Source: the human T2T-CHM13v2.0 reference genome, Homo sapiens. From it: a stretch of DNA of 64,000 bases. The stretch is taken from the NCBI RefSeq assembly GCF_009914755.1, contig NC_060929.1. The stretch is one strand, 5' to 3'. Position numbers and translations under genes: made by a program. Numbering within the stretch: the first letter of the stretch is position 1; the number at the start of each line of letters is the position of its first letter. Below are positions 28,868 through 42,121 of this stretch, in pieces. The notes beneath the pieces are model-generated. The model did no database searches. It had not been told where the DNA came from and worked only from the letters and a program-made list of their open reading frames with translations.

Positions 28868-30924
28868 CTCAGCCTGATCTTGATCTAACAATCTGCCAAG
28901 TCCTTTTACTTTGCACCTGGATCCAACTTTTCTCTGTACGTAGTTATTTTGCTTCATTGTAGACTTATGAAATAGCTCTTTTCAGTTCTTCAGAATGGAA
29001 TGTACATTCATTTATAAGCACATATTTTGCAGTTTAAGGTAATTAGAGAATGACAAAGGGAATCACTTATTTTTTTTAAAGCTGAAGTTTTCTAAATTGT
29101 GTTATTTGAAGGTACAAAAATTGGAGCTCACAAAATGAAGGAAGGTAGAGAGAGAGAGAGAGAATGCAAGTAAGAGAACATATTAAGAACACAAAGAAAA
29201 GAATATGGCCTAGTTACTTCAAGGGCACCCATTATTAGAGAGGAGGAGATTGGGGATCCAAGAATAAAAAGATAAAAACCTATTGCAGTTATAGCAAGAT
29301 TAATATTTCTGCATGTCTTTTGATTCCTGCTTGAAAGGCTGCATAAATAACTCCTAACTTTTAAGCCTGAGGGTTTTGGCCAATGGGGTTTGACTCTGTG
29401 AGGCAAATATCAAGGATATTGTGGCTGTTATTGAAGAAACTCATAGGAGATATATCTACATCAAGAGTTGCATGGCAGGGAAGCTTAAAATAATTTGTTT
29501 GCACAGAAGTAGATTTTGAATAATATGACATTTTGGTATATTATAACATTAAAGGATAAACTTACAAATGTCAATGAAATATTTCACTGGCTTTTCTGTC
29601 AAGCATAATTAATCATAAAAGATTTTTAACTGAAATGAAAATGCTCAATTCTAATAAATAAATATCCGGTACCCAGCTCTATTGTCTTTTTGCTTAAGGC
29701 ATTGTCTACCACCTACCTACTACACCCTGAGTGTCTGTTAAAAATGTAGATTTCTAGGCTCTACAGACGTCCCACAGAATCACTGACCTAACACATAAGA
29801 AAAAAAAAGATTCTTAAATTAAGGTAGTGCTTGACTACCTTATTTTCAAAGTACCCCAAAGACCTCAGATTGCCTGTTGAAACAAGAATGCTACATTTGG
29901 TTTAGCTATTTTTAGTTTAGAGGATGAGCAAAACATCCTATTCTAGCCATAATTATGTTAGCAGGTGTGCACCAGATAATCAACTTGACTAAATATCCAT
30001 CTTGGGTTCATACAGGCAGGATGAACATAATTAAAGTTAAAACTGCCAGCCTTCACTATTGGGGAAGAAATGCTACAGGATACAGTGGACTATTAAAGCA
30101 ATATTTTTCTGAGGAAGATCTACTTATTTTTCTCATTAGTTTTAGTTTGAAGTGACACTTCATAGGCATAGAGTGGCAGCCTACATTCGGATGTAGTTAT
30201 ACAGGCTTAGTGTAAAGATTCAGGTCCCTAATGAGACAAAGAACATTATTAGGTACTCTGAGTGTGGGAAGATTACAGGAAATTAAAAATCGAGTATTCT
30301 AGTTTATAATTCTGCCCTTTTGGGCTAATGGGAGTAAGTTCCCTTTCTGATACTTAAAGACAGAAATCTCTTCTCTACCATTCTTGTCCAAATTTCCAAG
30401 TGAGACAGTCCCAGTCATGACAAGCTTTTTCTTACAACATGGCTTTCAGTTACTCAATGAATATTTATTGAGCACCAATGCTCCAGGCAGTAGAGAACAA
30501 GAGAAAACAGTACAGAACAAGAAAAAAAATCTTGTTTGGTGCTTACATTTAGGGAAGACACACCATTTCTGGTTGCTCCACCCTCATAGTCTGATTAGAA
30601 AGCAACATGCTAATGATAACACTTCCCTTATTCTGGACATATACTTCTATTAATTATTAGGTTGTTACTTTTACTGGAAACCATACCAACCTTCTGGTTC
30701 CTATTAATTCTACAGTGAAGTAAAACTTCTGAGTGTCTAGGTCTAAAAATAAGAGTGTCCTTAATGGTAACCTATACCAGGACAGGGTAGACTAACATAC
30801 GCTGGGAACTAGACTCTCCCACTAAGAAAAATAACAATAATGACTATGGGTATTGGCCAAGTAATACATGCTAAGAGAGAGTACAGTATACTCTGAATTG
30901 AGTGGTTTCCAAAGTGTCTCAGGC

Positions 30925-31180
30925 ACGGATCATTTGATTTCAAGTACAGAACCCACTCAATGCAGCTTAGGAAATTAAAGGTGAATTTGTTAGAAGGATG
31001 AAGCTATGTCTCACAGAGCAAAACTTTCATAAGGTACTACATTTTGAAACTAGAAAGACAGCAAACCCGCTGTCTAGTCTATGTTGTGTGTGTGTGTGTA
31101 CTTGCCTCATTATGTCTGCACATGAACATCCTTTGCTTTACTAAATCCTGCATGTAACTTTTACATTTCCAGGTCACCCT
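30925..31180 (-). mobile_element. Old MLT1 (J/K-like) fragment
   Basis: tttcaagtacagaacccactcaatgcagcttag...gaatttgttagaagg. Confidence 0.4.
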
Positions 31181-32263
31181 CAACAACATCAGTCATCATC
31201 ATTATCATAATCATTACAAGATTAACAACAGCAACTGCATCAGTAACAACGGCATCTGCATCTATCATTTCTTTTTTTTCATCTGTTACAATGAAGTACA
31301 TCACCTATCATAAATTAGTTCTACTGACCCTCATATTTCCATCTCCCTTCACTTTTTGAAAGACTATTTTTCTTCTCAGTTATCTCTATTCTTCTGCACT
31401 ATCAATCTTTCCTGAGTCGATTGTAGCAAGCAATATAACAATCCACTCAAATATTATAATACATTATATATAACGGTAAAAGAACATGTTGTACTGTTCT
31501 TTTGAAAATTTCATAAGTAAATGGGGAAGAAAGTAAAGTTTACAAATTTAAAAAGAAAATAAATTCTAAAGATAAACTCAGGAAATCCCACTGAGAGCCA
31601 GAAAACTTGAACATTCAATCTAAGGAATAATTTATGCATTGCAATTTCATCTTATCTCATTGTGGTATTATTAATGCCTTGAAGATACTTCTCTGCAGTT
31701 ATATTACAGGAAACAGTGACAAGACTGTTAAGCTATAATCATAAATGTAAAACAAATTTTTCTGAAGTCTTAAGGCAATAATAACTTGTATATCTATAAA
31801 ATTACAAAAAAATTTACAAGTTGGTCAATTTCATTTAATATTAATGCCAGAAAAATATCTCAATTATTTTTCAAAATAGTGTACATTACATACCAGAATT
31901 GTGCCTTTGAAATGTATTTGAACTCTTCCAAAGAAAAAAATCCAAACTTAATTATGTCTTCTGAAGCTGATTTTTGTCATATAACACATGATATATAATA
32001 AGTTGGAATATAATATCCTCTATTTCACAAGATTGCTGCAAAAATACAATGAGATATACTGGTTTATATATCTTTAAAAGAGATAATATGTAAAGTGTCT
32101 TATATGGTTTCTGAAATACAGCATGTATTTTAAAATGTTAGCTTCATTTCTTATTCTCTCCTCACCTTTTTATTTTTTTAAAAACAACCTTGCAGGTGTG
32201 GGAGTATTAGCAACCCAATTAAGTATATACTTTGATGGAGATAGAACTGTGTAATGATTTCTG

Positions 32264-32566
<303 letters not shown>

Positions 32567-32894
32567 TGTCTTGATTTCTTAACTAGAATGCTTTCTTCAA
32601 TCTCTTCATTTGAATTGAGCCATGTTTTCCTCTCAAAGCTAAAACACTGAGATCTTACCTTGTTCCTGTTAGGTTAGGTAGCCTTCCTACATATTTTGTT
32701 CCCTGATTGCTTTAATTGTAAGTATGCCAGTCTGTCTTCTGTACTAGAATACAAAACCTTCAAGGATAAGATGACATTCCCATTTTCTGACCTAACTTAC
32801 TGGATCCTAAACAAAAGTGTATTGCTTGAACAGCTGTATTGAATGGTGACTACTATTTCATCCACTTTTGATTTTGTTTCCTCCTGACTGGCTA

Positions 32895-33189
32895 AACAGT
32901 TTGGGTAAGGGCATTTTCAATTGCAAGTAACAGAACCCCAACAAGAACTAGTTTAAATCGAACAGAGGAATTTTCTGATTTAGAACAAAACTCCACTAAG
33001 CAGTCAAGGTGGCCCTGGTCTTAAGCAAACTTTGAATCATGGATGGTTAGACTGTCAAAAAAGACCTACTCACTCTTGCAGGGTCTTGTTATTACTTCTT
33101 TGTATTGAAGTTTCATTAATTTTTTCTTGCAGATGGTTTTCCATGGCATAGGACACATGGGTTTAGAAACTTTTGTACTCATATGCTGC
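32895..33189 (-). mobile_element. Old MLT1 (J/K-like) LTR interrupted by LTR12
   Basis: tttcaattgcaagtaacagaaccccaacaagaactagtttaa; probably continues after 34347. Confidence 0.5.
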
Positions 33190-34343
33190 TGAGAGGTGAC
33201 AACTTGCTAGGTGATAACGTGCTAGCAGCCCTCGCTCACTCTCCATGACTCCAAGGCCTCGTCGTCCACTCTGGCTGCGTTTGAGGGGCCCTTCATCCCG
33301 CCACTGGCCTCTGGGAGCCACTCTCTGGACTGGCCGAGGACGGAGCTGGCTCCCTCTGCTTGCGGGGAGGTGTGGAGGAAGAGGCGCGGGCGGGAACTGG
33401 GGCTGCGTGCAGCGCTCCCAGGCCAGCGTGAGTTCCGGGTGCTCGCGGGCTGAGCGGCCCCCTGCTGGCGGCCCAGGGAGTGAGGCGCTTAGCACCCGGG
33501 CCAGCAGCTGTGGAGGGTGCGCTGGGTCCTCCAGCACTGCCGGCCTGCCCATGCCATGCTCGAATTCTCACAGGGCTTCAGCTGCCTCCCCACAGGGCAG
33601 GGCTGGGGACCTGCTTGGGACTTGCAGCCAGCCATGCGGGAGCACCCTTCCTTGGGCTCCCATGCGGCCTGATCCTCCCAGACGGGCACTGCCCCCTGCT
33701 CCGCCCCAGCCCATTGACTGCCCAAAGGCTAAGGAGTTCTAGCATAGCGGGCAGCTCCACTGGCCGCCCAGGCATGGGCTCCACTAGGCAAAGGGTGTGG
33801 ACTTGGAGAACTTTTATGTCTAGCTAAAGGATTGTAAATGCACCAATCAGCACTCTGCGTCTAGCTAAAAGTTTGTAAATGCACCAATCAGCACTCTGTC
33901 AAAACAGACCAATCAGTGCTCTGTAAAATGGACCAATCAGCTGTCTGTAAAATGTACCTATTGGCGGGGGCGGGGGGGGGGGGGGTGGTCAGAGAGGGGA
34001 ATAAAAGCAGTCCACCCAAGCCAACTGACAGGACCGGCTCAGATGTCTTTACTTGCTGTGTAAGTGTTGTTCTTTGGCTGTTAGCAATAAATCTTGTTGC
34101 TGCTCACTCTTGGGTCTGCGCCGACTTTGTGAGCTGTAACACTCACTGCCAAGGTCTGCAGCTTCACTCCTGAAGCCGGCTAGACCACGAGCCCACCAGA
34201 AGGAAGAAACTCTGGACACATCTAAACATCTGAAGGAACAAACTCCCGACACACTATGTTTAAGAACTGTAACACTCACCGTGAGGGTCTGCGGCTTCAT
34301 TGTTGAAGTCAGCAAGTTGGAGAACCCACCAATTCCGGTCACA
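33190..34343 (+). mobile_element. LTR12 (ERV9; LTR12D/E-like) solo LTR, CpG-rich
   Basis: tgagaggtgacaac start, GC-rich U3, repeated caccaatcagc boxes, ends ccaattccggtcaca; 4-bp TSD ctgc/ctac. Confidence 0.93.
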
Positions 34344-34472
34344 CTACCAGTGTGGTAGCCTAAGGTAGAGTGTGTCTCTTTCATTCCAGTGGAAAATGTT
34401 ATGAGTAAGAAGTCATACTGACCAGCTTGGTGTACCCCTTGGATCAGATGTCGTAGCTGGGAAAGTGAGATT

Positions 34473-34975
34473 ATATCAGTTAGCATTTGTGTAAAACAAA
34501 TGACCCTAAATTTTAGTCAATTAAATAGAAACCATCTCTTTAGAATACAGTTCTATAGGGTGGCAGTTTCAACTGGGTTTGGGTGGCTCTTCTAGTTTTG
34601 GGCGGGCTTGTTTATATAGTCATGATTAACTGCCAAGTCAGCTGGAAGCTAGCTGGTCTAGAAAGGCCTCAAGTGGGATGTCATGTCTCTGCTTAATATG
34701 CTTTATCATTTTTTTAGCAGGTTATTTTGGTTTTCATATATTGTCGCTGGACAGGGTTCCAAAAGAGAAACAGAGACTGCAAGTACTCAAAGACTTTTGA
34801 AGTCTGGGCTTGTATCTTGCCTCTCCTGACTCCCACTGCATTTTATTGGCCAAAGAAATTCAAAAGATTAAAGAGAAGAAATAAGAGACTCTGAATTTTT
34901 AATGGTAGGACTTGGGAAATGGAGCAGTTACAGGTAAAAGGGAATGATTATGGCCATCTATGTAGTCTATCATAT
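34473..34975 (-). mobile_element. MLT1 (F/G/H-like) LTR
   Basis: tatatcagttagc...aaacaaatgaccctaaattttagt...cactgcattttattggccaaag. Confidence 0.55.
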
Positions 34976-35329
34976 AGGTACCATGCTAAAGTTTGAATAA
35001 CATATTACTCGTATCTGCAGAGGTAAAGGTGACTATCAGAAGAAATATTATAGCACATACATGGTCATTGGAATAATTGTTTTAGCTTCACATTTACTTT
35101 TGTTTCTGTAATCTATGCAGTTCTACTCATTGATCAACAAATATAACTTGGACTTTCTTGCTTTCATATTGTTCTTTGCCTAATTGTCCTTGTTTCTGAT
35201 GTGTCAAGATCTCTGACACCTTTCAACTTTAAATCCAGTTTGATTCGTTGTCAATGGACAATCCTCCACCTCTGAGAAGCTTTCTATGATTACTTCAGAT
35301 GAAGGTAAATTTTCTCCATAGGATTGTAG

Positions 35330-35495
35330 CAATGGTTCTTAATTTAGGCTATACATTAGAAATATTGTAGTGATCTTTAAAAATTTCAATGCCCAGACCA
35401 TACCTGAGACCAACTGAGCCAGAATCTCTGGGAGAGGGATCTTAGCATCAGTTCCCGTGGTGATTTTAACATATAGCCAAGGTTGAGATCCAGTG
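35330..35495. mobile_element. MER5-like hAT-Charlie element (within an L2 remnant)
   Basis: caatggttcttaa ... ccagaatctctggga ... gccaaggttgagatccagtg termini. Confidence 0.75.
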
Positions 35496-35629
35496 TTTTA
35501 TAATAGTTTCTGATAAAATTAGGGTTACAGTGAGTTTTTTTCTATATTATAAACTCTTTTGAGGGCAGGGACCTACCTAATACAGTGTGTCATGCATAAT
35601 TGGCACTCAATATAGAGTTGCTGATAAAG

Positions 35630-35998
35630 TGCTATGGACTGAATGCTTTTCTCTCTCCAAAGTTCATATCTTAAAACCCTATCTCCTAATGTGAGGGTAT
35701 GAGTAGGTGGGGTCTTTGGGAGGTAATTAGGATTAGATGAGGACCTGAAGGTGGAGCCCTCGCGGAGGGGATTAGTATTGTTAGAAGACTCTCAAGAGAA
35801 CTTGCTTTCTCTCTTTTGCCTTGTGAGGACTCAGCAAGAACTAGGCACTCTGCAACCCAGAAGAGAGTTCTCGCCAGAAACCAATCATGCTGGCACTTGG
35901 ATCTAGGACTTCAAGCTTCCAGAAATTTGTGGAATAAGTTTCTGCTGTTTATAAGCCACCAAGTCTATGATAATGTGTCAGAGGACTGAGCTAAGACA
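35630..35998 (+). mobile_element. MLT1A-like solo LTR
   Basis: tgctatggactgaatg...ctaagaca; 5-bp TSD taaag (35625 / 35999). Confidence 0.88.
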
Positions 35999-37686
35999 TA
36001 AAGTGAGCTAGAGTTAAGATTTAAGATCTATTTGTTACAATAAAATTCAAAATAGTCGTATAAATGTTTAAATGCAACATCTCAAAAATCGTAACATGTT
36101 CTTACATTTAGAGAATTAGTACAGAAATATTAAGTCAACAAAATTTCTAACATTAAATTGATGTCTACTTGTTATGTTGATTTGCAAACATTTTTTTCCA
36201 CATGGATATATTTCCTTTTGTCTACCCAACTAATTGTTATTGCATTACAGGAAATCTTTTATTTATTTTGTATTTCTCTGTAAACACCTCCCTACCTTGT
36301 CTAGTATAGTGTCAATTATTTCATGCTTTTATTAATGTAATGGCAAAGTCATTTTAATGGCCAGAATATAAAGAATTATAAATAACACCTCCATAGAATT
36401 AAGATTTGATTGTTGCAATGGCAATATGGATGACTTTTAGAAAAATGTGTTGTATATGCCATCAGACATTAAAAAAAGTTAGCTAAGCTGCAAATCAATT
36501 TTTACATGCAAATATAACATATTAATAACAGCAGTAGATGAAAAAAGGATTGGCTTGAATCGCTAAGTCATTTCACACATTGATACCAGAGTAAAATACT
36601 TCAAAATTGTTCTTACTGAACATTCTTCTTTTCCTCCCACATACACAGAAGAAGAAAAATATCACTATACCATTAATGTCTTTTACATACCTATACGCAA
36701 TCTGAACTTTCTCAGAGGAACAATGAACAAAATAATTTTTCTATTTCTTTGGAACATATTTACTTAACATGAAAGATCTTGTGCCTTTGCATTGGGCGTT
36801 CATTTCCTCTATAGCTAAAGGGTAAATGATGGATAGGAGAATAAAGAGGGACAAATATAAGGTCTGCTAATATGGTAATGTCTGTAGGTGGTGTACGTGT
36901 TTATACATATTTGACCTGCACTTTAACAAGACATGAATTTATCACTCAAAAACACTACCCTGCTCCCATCTTCCTCAAAGTGAAAAAGAAAAGAAACAAA
37001 GAATGTTAGATACATCTAATAAAAGGACAAAATAGGCCTGATGCCCTCGAAACAAAAAAACTGTTCTCACTTACAAAGGCCTTGAAGTTCAAGCAGTGGC
37101 TTCAACATATATGAAAACTTGATTCAAACCCTTCACATTTGGTAACAGTAATGAGGAAGATAATCTTCTGCCGAGACTTGTCCACCTAAACTCAGGAAAA
37201 GATGGGTAAAGTGGCACTATATATTACAATAAATATTTGGCATGCTATTTTCCTATCTCCTTTGACTTTTCTATTGCTTTTGACTGATTAGTGACCAATG
37301 AAATGAATAGACTTAGCATGATTGATGGGAAGCAATATGGTGACTCAAGAAAATCAACTGTTTTAGGAAGGCATTGCACTTTTTATTGTGTGTGAGAGAG
37401 AAAAGAAAGACATGAATTTTGAGTTTTTTCAGTCATCTCTGCTTACCCTCAAAGGAGATTTACTGCTATTACAGAATAAAGATAATCTGTGATGGTGGAA
37501 AAATAAAAGACTGTCTGCATAGGTTTTACTTTGGAAAGGGTTTTTGCTCAAAGAGCTTATCTTGAAGTAGAGAAAGCAGATTAAAAAAAAATGATATGAA
37601 GCTGGTAACACTAGTTGAATTGTAGAATGTATAAGTTTAAAGGAAAGGAAATGTGAGTATGATTTTCATATTTATGGTTTGGGTAC

Positions 37687-38047
37687 TGCTGTGGTCTGAA
37701 TGTATGTGTCTCCCCAGAATTCATATGTTGAAACCTAACCCCCAAGGTGATGATATTAAGCAGTGGGACCTGTGAGAAGTGATTAAGTCATAAGGACTCT
37801 GCCCTCATGAATGTGATTATCACCCTTATCAAAAAGACTGGAGGGAGCCTTTTTGCCTTCTGTCATGAGGGGAAACAACTAGAAGGCACTGTCCATTAGC
37901 AATGAACCCTAAACAGATGCTGAATCTGCTGATGCCTTGATCTTGGACTTCCCAGCCTCCTCCTGAACTGTAAGAAATACATTCCTGTTGTTTATAAGTT
38001 TCCCGGTCTAAGGTATTTTCTTATAGCAGCCCCAAATGACTAAGGCA
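37687..38047 (+). mobile_element. MLT1A-like solo LTR
   Basis: tgctgtggtctgaatg...gactaaggca; 5-bp TSD ggtac. Confidence 0.88.
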
Positions 38048-38264
38048 GGTACCTAGGCCATGGTGATACTAAAATATAAAACACAGGAGGAGCAATAAGT
38101 TTGGAGGTAAAAATATAGAGGTCAATTTTGGACATATTTGAGTAATTAGGAAATATCCACATGACGAAAGCAGGTAGATGGATGTATCTGGAATTCAGAA
38201 GAGGAGATTTTCAGGAGGTAGAGAATTGAGTGTCTTCAGTGTATTCACAAATAACACTTGGATA

Positions 38265-38520
38265 CTGTTGGCTATGTGTTGTTCATTGTTATAAGCATTC
38301 ACACTTAGATGGCAAGTCATTTAATACTTCCAGGAACGTTATGAGGGTGTTGCATTCTTGTGTTCATTATCTCCATTCTGTAGATGAGGAAATTTAGGCT
38401 CAGAAAGGTTGAATAACTTGCTAAAATGACCCAGGTAGGAAGTGATGGAGCTACTATTCTAAAGACGACACACACCCTGGCTCCAGAGTCCAAACTCTTA
38501 ACCACTGTTCTATACTGCTT
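38265..38520 (-). mobile_element. MIR
   Basis: ctccattctgtagatgaggaaatttaggctcagaaaggttgaataacttgc core. Confidence 0.8.
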
Positions 38521-39842
38521 CACATAAAATAAGTAGATTCGGTCAGGGATTGTCAAAGAGTGTGAAAAGGGATGGATTTAAGACAACCTCAAGAGGATAG
38601 AAACACCAAAGATGTCTAACTAAATGGCTTTCTATTCAGTCACCACTTCCTTATATTTTGACTTTTCCCTCTGTGCTTAACATTTTGAAATACGTAACTT
38701 GTTCCTCTTGAAGACGTTTTAATCTAGTCAGAGAGACGTGTAAGTACATAAACTCATCCATGAACAATACAACCCACTTTATCCATGCATACAGTGCAGT
38801 GTAGATTTTAAATTAAGCATTAAGGGATGGAATTAACAATATTAGATGGAGCTACTGAAGATATTTAACGGAATAGCACTCCCCGAAGTGGGAGCTGTAG
38901 AAGGTGTCAAGAGCCAGAGAATGAAGGTCCTTATGTGCCTTGATAAGGAGTTCGAACTTGCTACTGATAGTGATCAGAGGCCTTTGAAGAATGTTAAGAT
39001 TAGGGCCGACTTGAGGAATGAGGAAAAATATAGTGAGGATGATAAGAGTAGAGGTTGTGAGAATCATAATTAAAAAAAAGGGGGTTAGCTTGTGGGGAGT
39101 GGTTTTATTTGGGGCAGAGAAGGCAATAGATTTCTATTAGGTATTTTAAGATAAATCTGAAGAGAGATGGCAAAATCACAGTGTTTTCTTGTGAGATTTT
39201 CCCAAGACCCCAAGAATTACCTTCAGCCATCATATGAATTTGCAAACAAATGGTAAAATTAAAAGATATGGGAGGGGTTGGGGTCTTCAAACATTTAGAC
39301 GGTGGATAAATTTGCATATCTCTTTGGACTTATCTTCCCCATCTTTCCCAGTGTTCCACTGGAATGGGAAGATCCAGTTATGCCAACTTCTTTAGAACAG
39401 GTACTTTTCTCTGTTCAAAGATAAGAAAAGAGGAAAATAACAACTGTAAAGCATCAACTCTGGGCATTTGAGGCAGCCAATTCAATTTGAATTGAATAGA
39501 ACACTAACAAATTACTGAAGGGATGTGCAACCTAAGTTTCCTACATCAGTTTTGCCTAAGGCTATTCCTCAATAGGAGGCTCACAAAAACACAGGCCACT
39601 GCTGTTAGAGAAAGCTAATTTACAAATTATTCTCACTGATTGGTTAATTAATTTATAAGCATTGGTGGAGACTGTGCTCAGTTTGAGTTGATCACTGATG
39701 AGATACAGAAGCAACACGCAGGTTGAAAAGTTATAGTTTGCCTGGCACAGCTCCAGTTTATGCTTGTTCTCCCAAGACAAACATTAATAGAGACCCCTTT
39801 CACTTTCAAATGTTTTCTGACTTGGACATTCAATTATACGGT

Positions 39843-42121
39843 TTTATTAGTTTTTATGCTGCTGATATAGACATACCCAAAACTAAGAACAAAAAGAGGT
39901 TTAATTGGACTTACAGTTCTACATGGCTGGGAAGCCTCAGAATCAGGCCAGGAGGAGAAAGGCACCTCTTACATGGCAGCAGCAAGAGAAAAATGAGGAA
40001 GAAGCAAAAGCAGAAACCCCTGATAAAACCATCAGATCTTGTGAGACTTATTCACTATCATGAGAATAGCACAGGAAAGACTGGCCCACATGATTCAATT
40101 CTCTCCCCCTGGGTCCCTTCCACACGTGGGAATTCTGGGAGATAAAATTAAAGTTGAGATTTGGGTGGGGACACAGCAAAATCATATCATTCTGCCCCTG
40201 ACCCTGCCAAATCTCATGCCCTCACATTTCAACACCAATCATGCCTTCCCAACAGCACCCCAAAGTCTTAACTCATTTCAGCATTAAGCCAAAAGTCCAC
40301 AGTCCAAAGTCCCATTTGAAACAACGCAAGTCTCTTCCACTTATGAGCCTGTAAAATCAAAAGCAAGCTAGTTGCTTCCCAGATACAATGGGGGTAAGGC
40401 ATTGGGTAAATACAGCCATTTCAAATGGGATAAATTGCTCAAAATACAGGGGATACAGGGCCCATGCAAGTCCAAAATCCAGCAGGGCAGTCAAAGCTCC
40501 AAAATGATCTCCTTTGACTCCGTGCCTCACATCCAGGTCACGATGCAAGAGGTGGGTTCCCATGGTCTTGGGCAGCTCTGCCCCTGTGGATTTGCAGGAG
40601 ACAGTCTCCCTCCTGGCTGCTTTCATGGGCTGGCGCTGAGTGTCTGCAGCTTTTCCAGGTGCATGTTGCAAGCTGTAGGTAGATCTACCATTCTGGGGTC
40701 TGGAGGATGGTGGTCCTCTTCTTACAGCTTCACAAGGCAGTGCGCCATTAGGGACTCTGGAGGCTCCAACCCTGCATTTCCTTTCCATACTGCCCTAGAA
40801 GAGGTTCTCCATGATGGCCTCCCCCCTGCAGCAAACTTTTACCTGGGCATCCAGGTGTTTCCATACATCGTCTAAATCTAGGTGGAGGTTCACAAACCTC
40901 AATTTGTGACTTCTGTGCACCTGTAGGCTCAACACCACATGGAAGATGCCAAGGCTTGGGGCTTCTACCTTCTGAAGCCACAGCCTGAGCTCTCTGTTGG
41001 TCCCTTTCAGCCATGGCTGGAGCAGCTGGGACATAGGATAGTCCCTAGGCTACAGACAGCACAGGGACCCTAAGCCCAGGCCACAAAACCACTTTTTCCT
41101 CCTAGGCCTCCTGGCCTGTGATGGGAGGGGCTGCCATGAAGTTCTCTGACATGGCCTGGAGACATTTTCTTCATGGTCTTGGGGATTAACATTAGGCTTC
41201 TCATTACTTATGCAAATTTCTGAAGCCAGCTTCACTTTCTCCTCAAAACAAAAAACAAAACAAAACAAAAAAACAGTTTTTCTTTTCTACTGCATCATCA
41301 GGCTGCAAATTTTCTGAACTTTTATGTTGTTTCCCTTTTAAAATTGAATGCTTTTAACAGCATCCAAGTCATTTTTTGAATCCTTTGCTGCTAAGAAATT
41401 TCTTCCACCACATATGCTAAATCATCTCTCACAAGTTCAAAGTTCCATAAATCTCTAGGGCAGGGGCAAAATGCCACCAGACTCTTTGTTAAAACATAAC
41501 AAGAGTCACCTTTGCTGTAGTTCCCAACAAGTTCCTCATCTCCATCTGAGACCACCTCAGCCTGGATCTCATTGTTCATGTCACTATCAGCATTTTTGTC
41601 AAAGCCATTCAACAAGTCTCTAGGAGGTTCCAAACTTTCCCACATTTTTCTTTCTTCTTCTGAGCCCTCCAAACTGTTCCAACATCTGCCTGTTACCCAG
41701 TTCCAAAGTCACTTCCACATTTTCAGGTGTCTTTTCAGCAATGCCCACTCTACTGCTACCAATTTATTGTATTAGTTGATGTTCATGCTGCTAATAAAGA
41801 CATACCTGAAACTGGCAACAAAAAGAGGTTTACTTGGGCTTACAGTTCCACATGGCTGGGGACGCCTCAGAATCATGGCAGGAGGTGAAAGGCACTTCTT
41901 AGATGGTGGCAGCAATAGGAAAATGAGGAAGAAGCAAAAGCAGAAACCCCTGATAAGCCCATCAGATCTTGTGAGACTTATTCACTATCAAGAGAATAGC
42001 ACTGGAAAGACCAGCCCCTATGATTCAATTACCTCCTCCGGGTCCCTCCCCCAACATGTGGGAATTCTGGGAGATACAATTCAAGTTGAGGTTTGGGTGG
42101 GGACACAGCCAAACCATGTCA
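39843..42121 (-). mobile_element. Complete THE1A-like MaLR provirus (LTRs 39843-40189 and 41768-42121, internal region 40190-41767)
   Basis: Two homologous ~350-bp LTRs, ~1.6-kb THE1 interior, TSD acggt (39838) / atggt (42122). Confidence 0.93.

Noticed and set aside
33163-33827. Overlapping Pro/Arg/Gly-rich ORFs suggesting a CpG-island first exon
   Set aside because: They lie within the GC-rich LTR12 U3, where stop codons are naturally scarce.
39915-41870. PRDM9 hotspot motif CCTCCCTAGCCAC in THE1 LTRs
   Set aside because: The corresponding positions read cttcccagccat and cgtccccagccat (reverse strand); neither is the hot motif.
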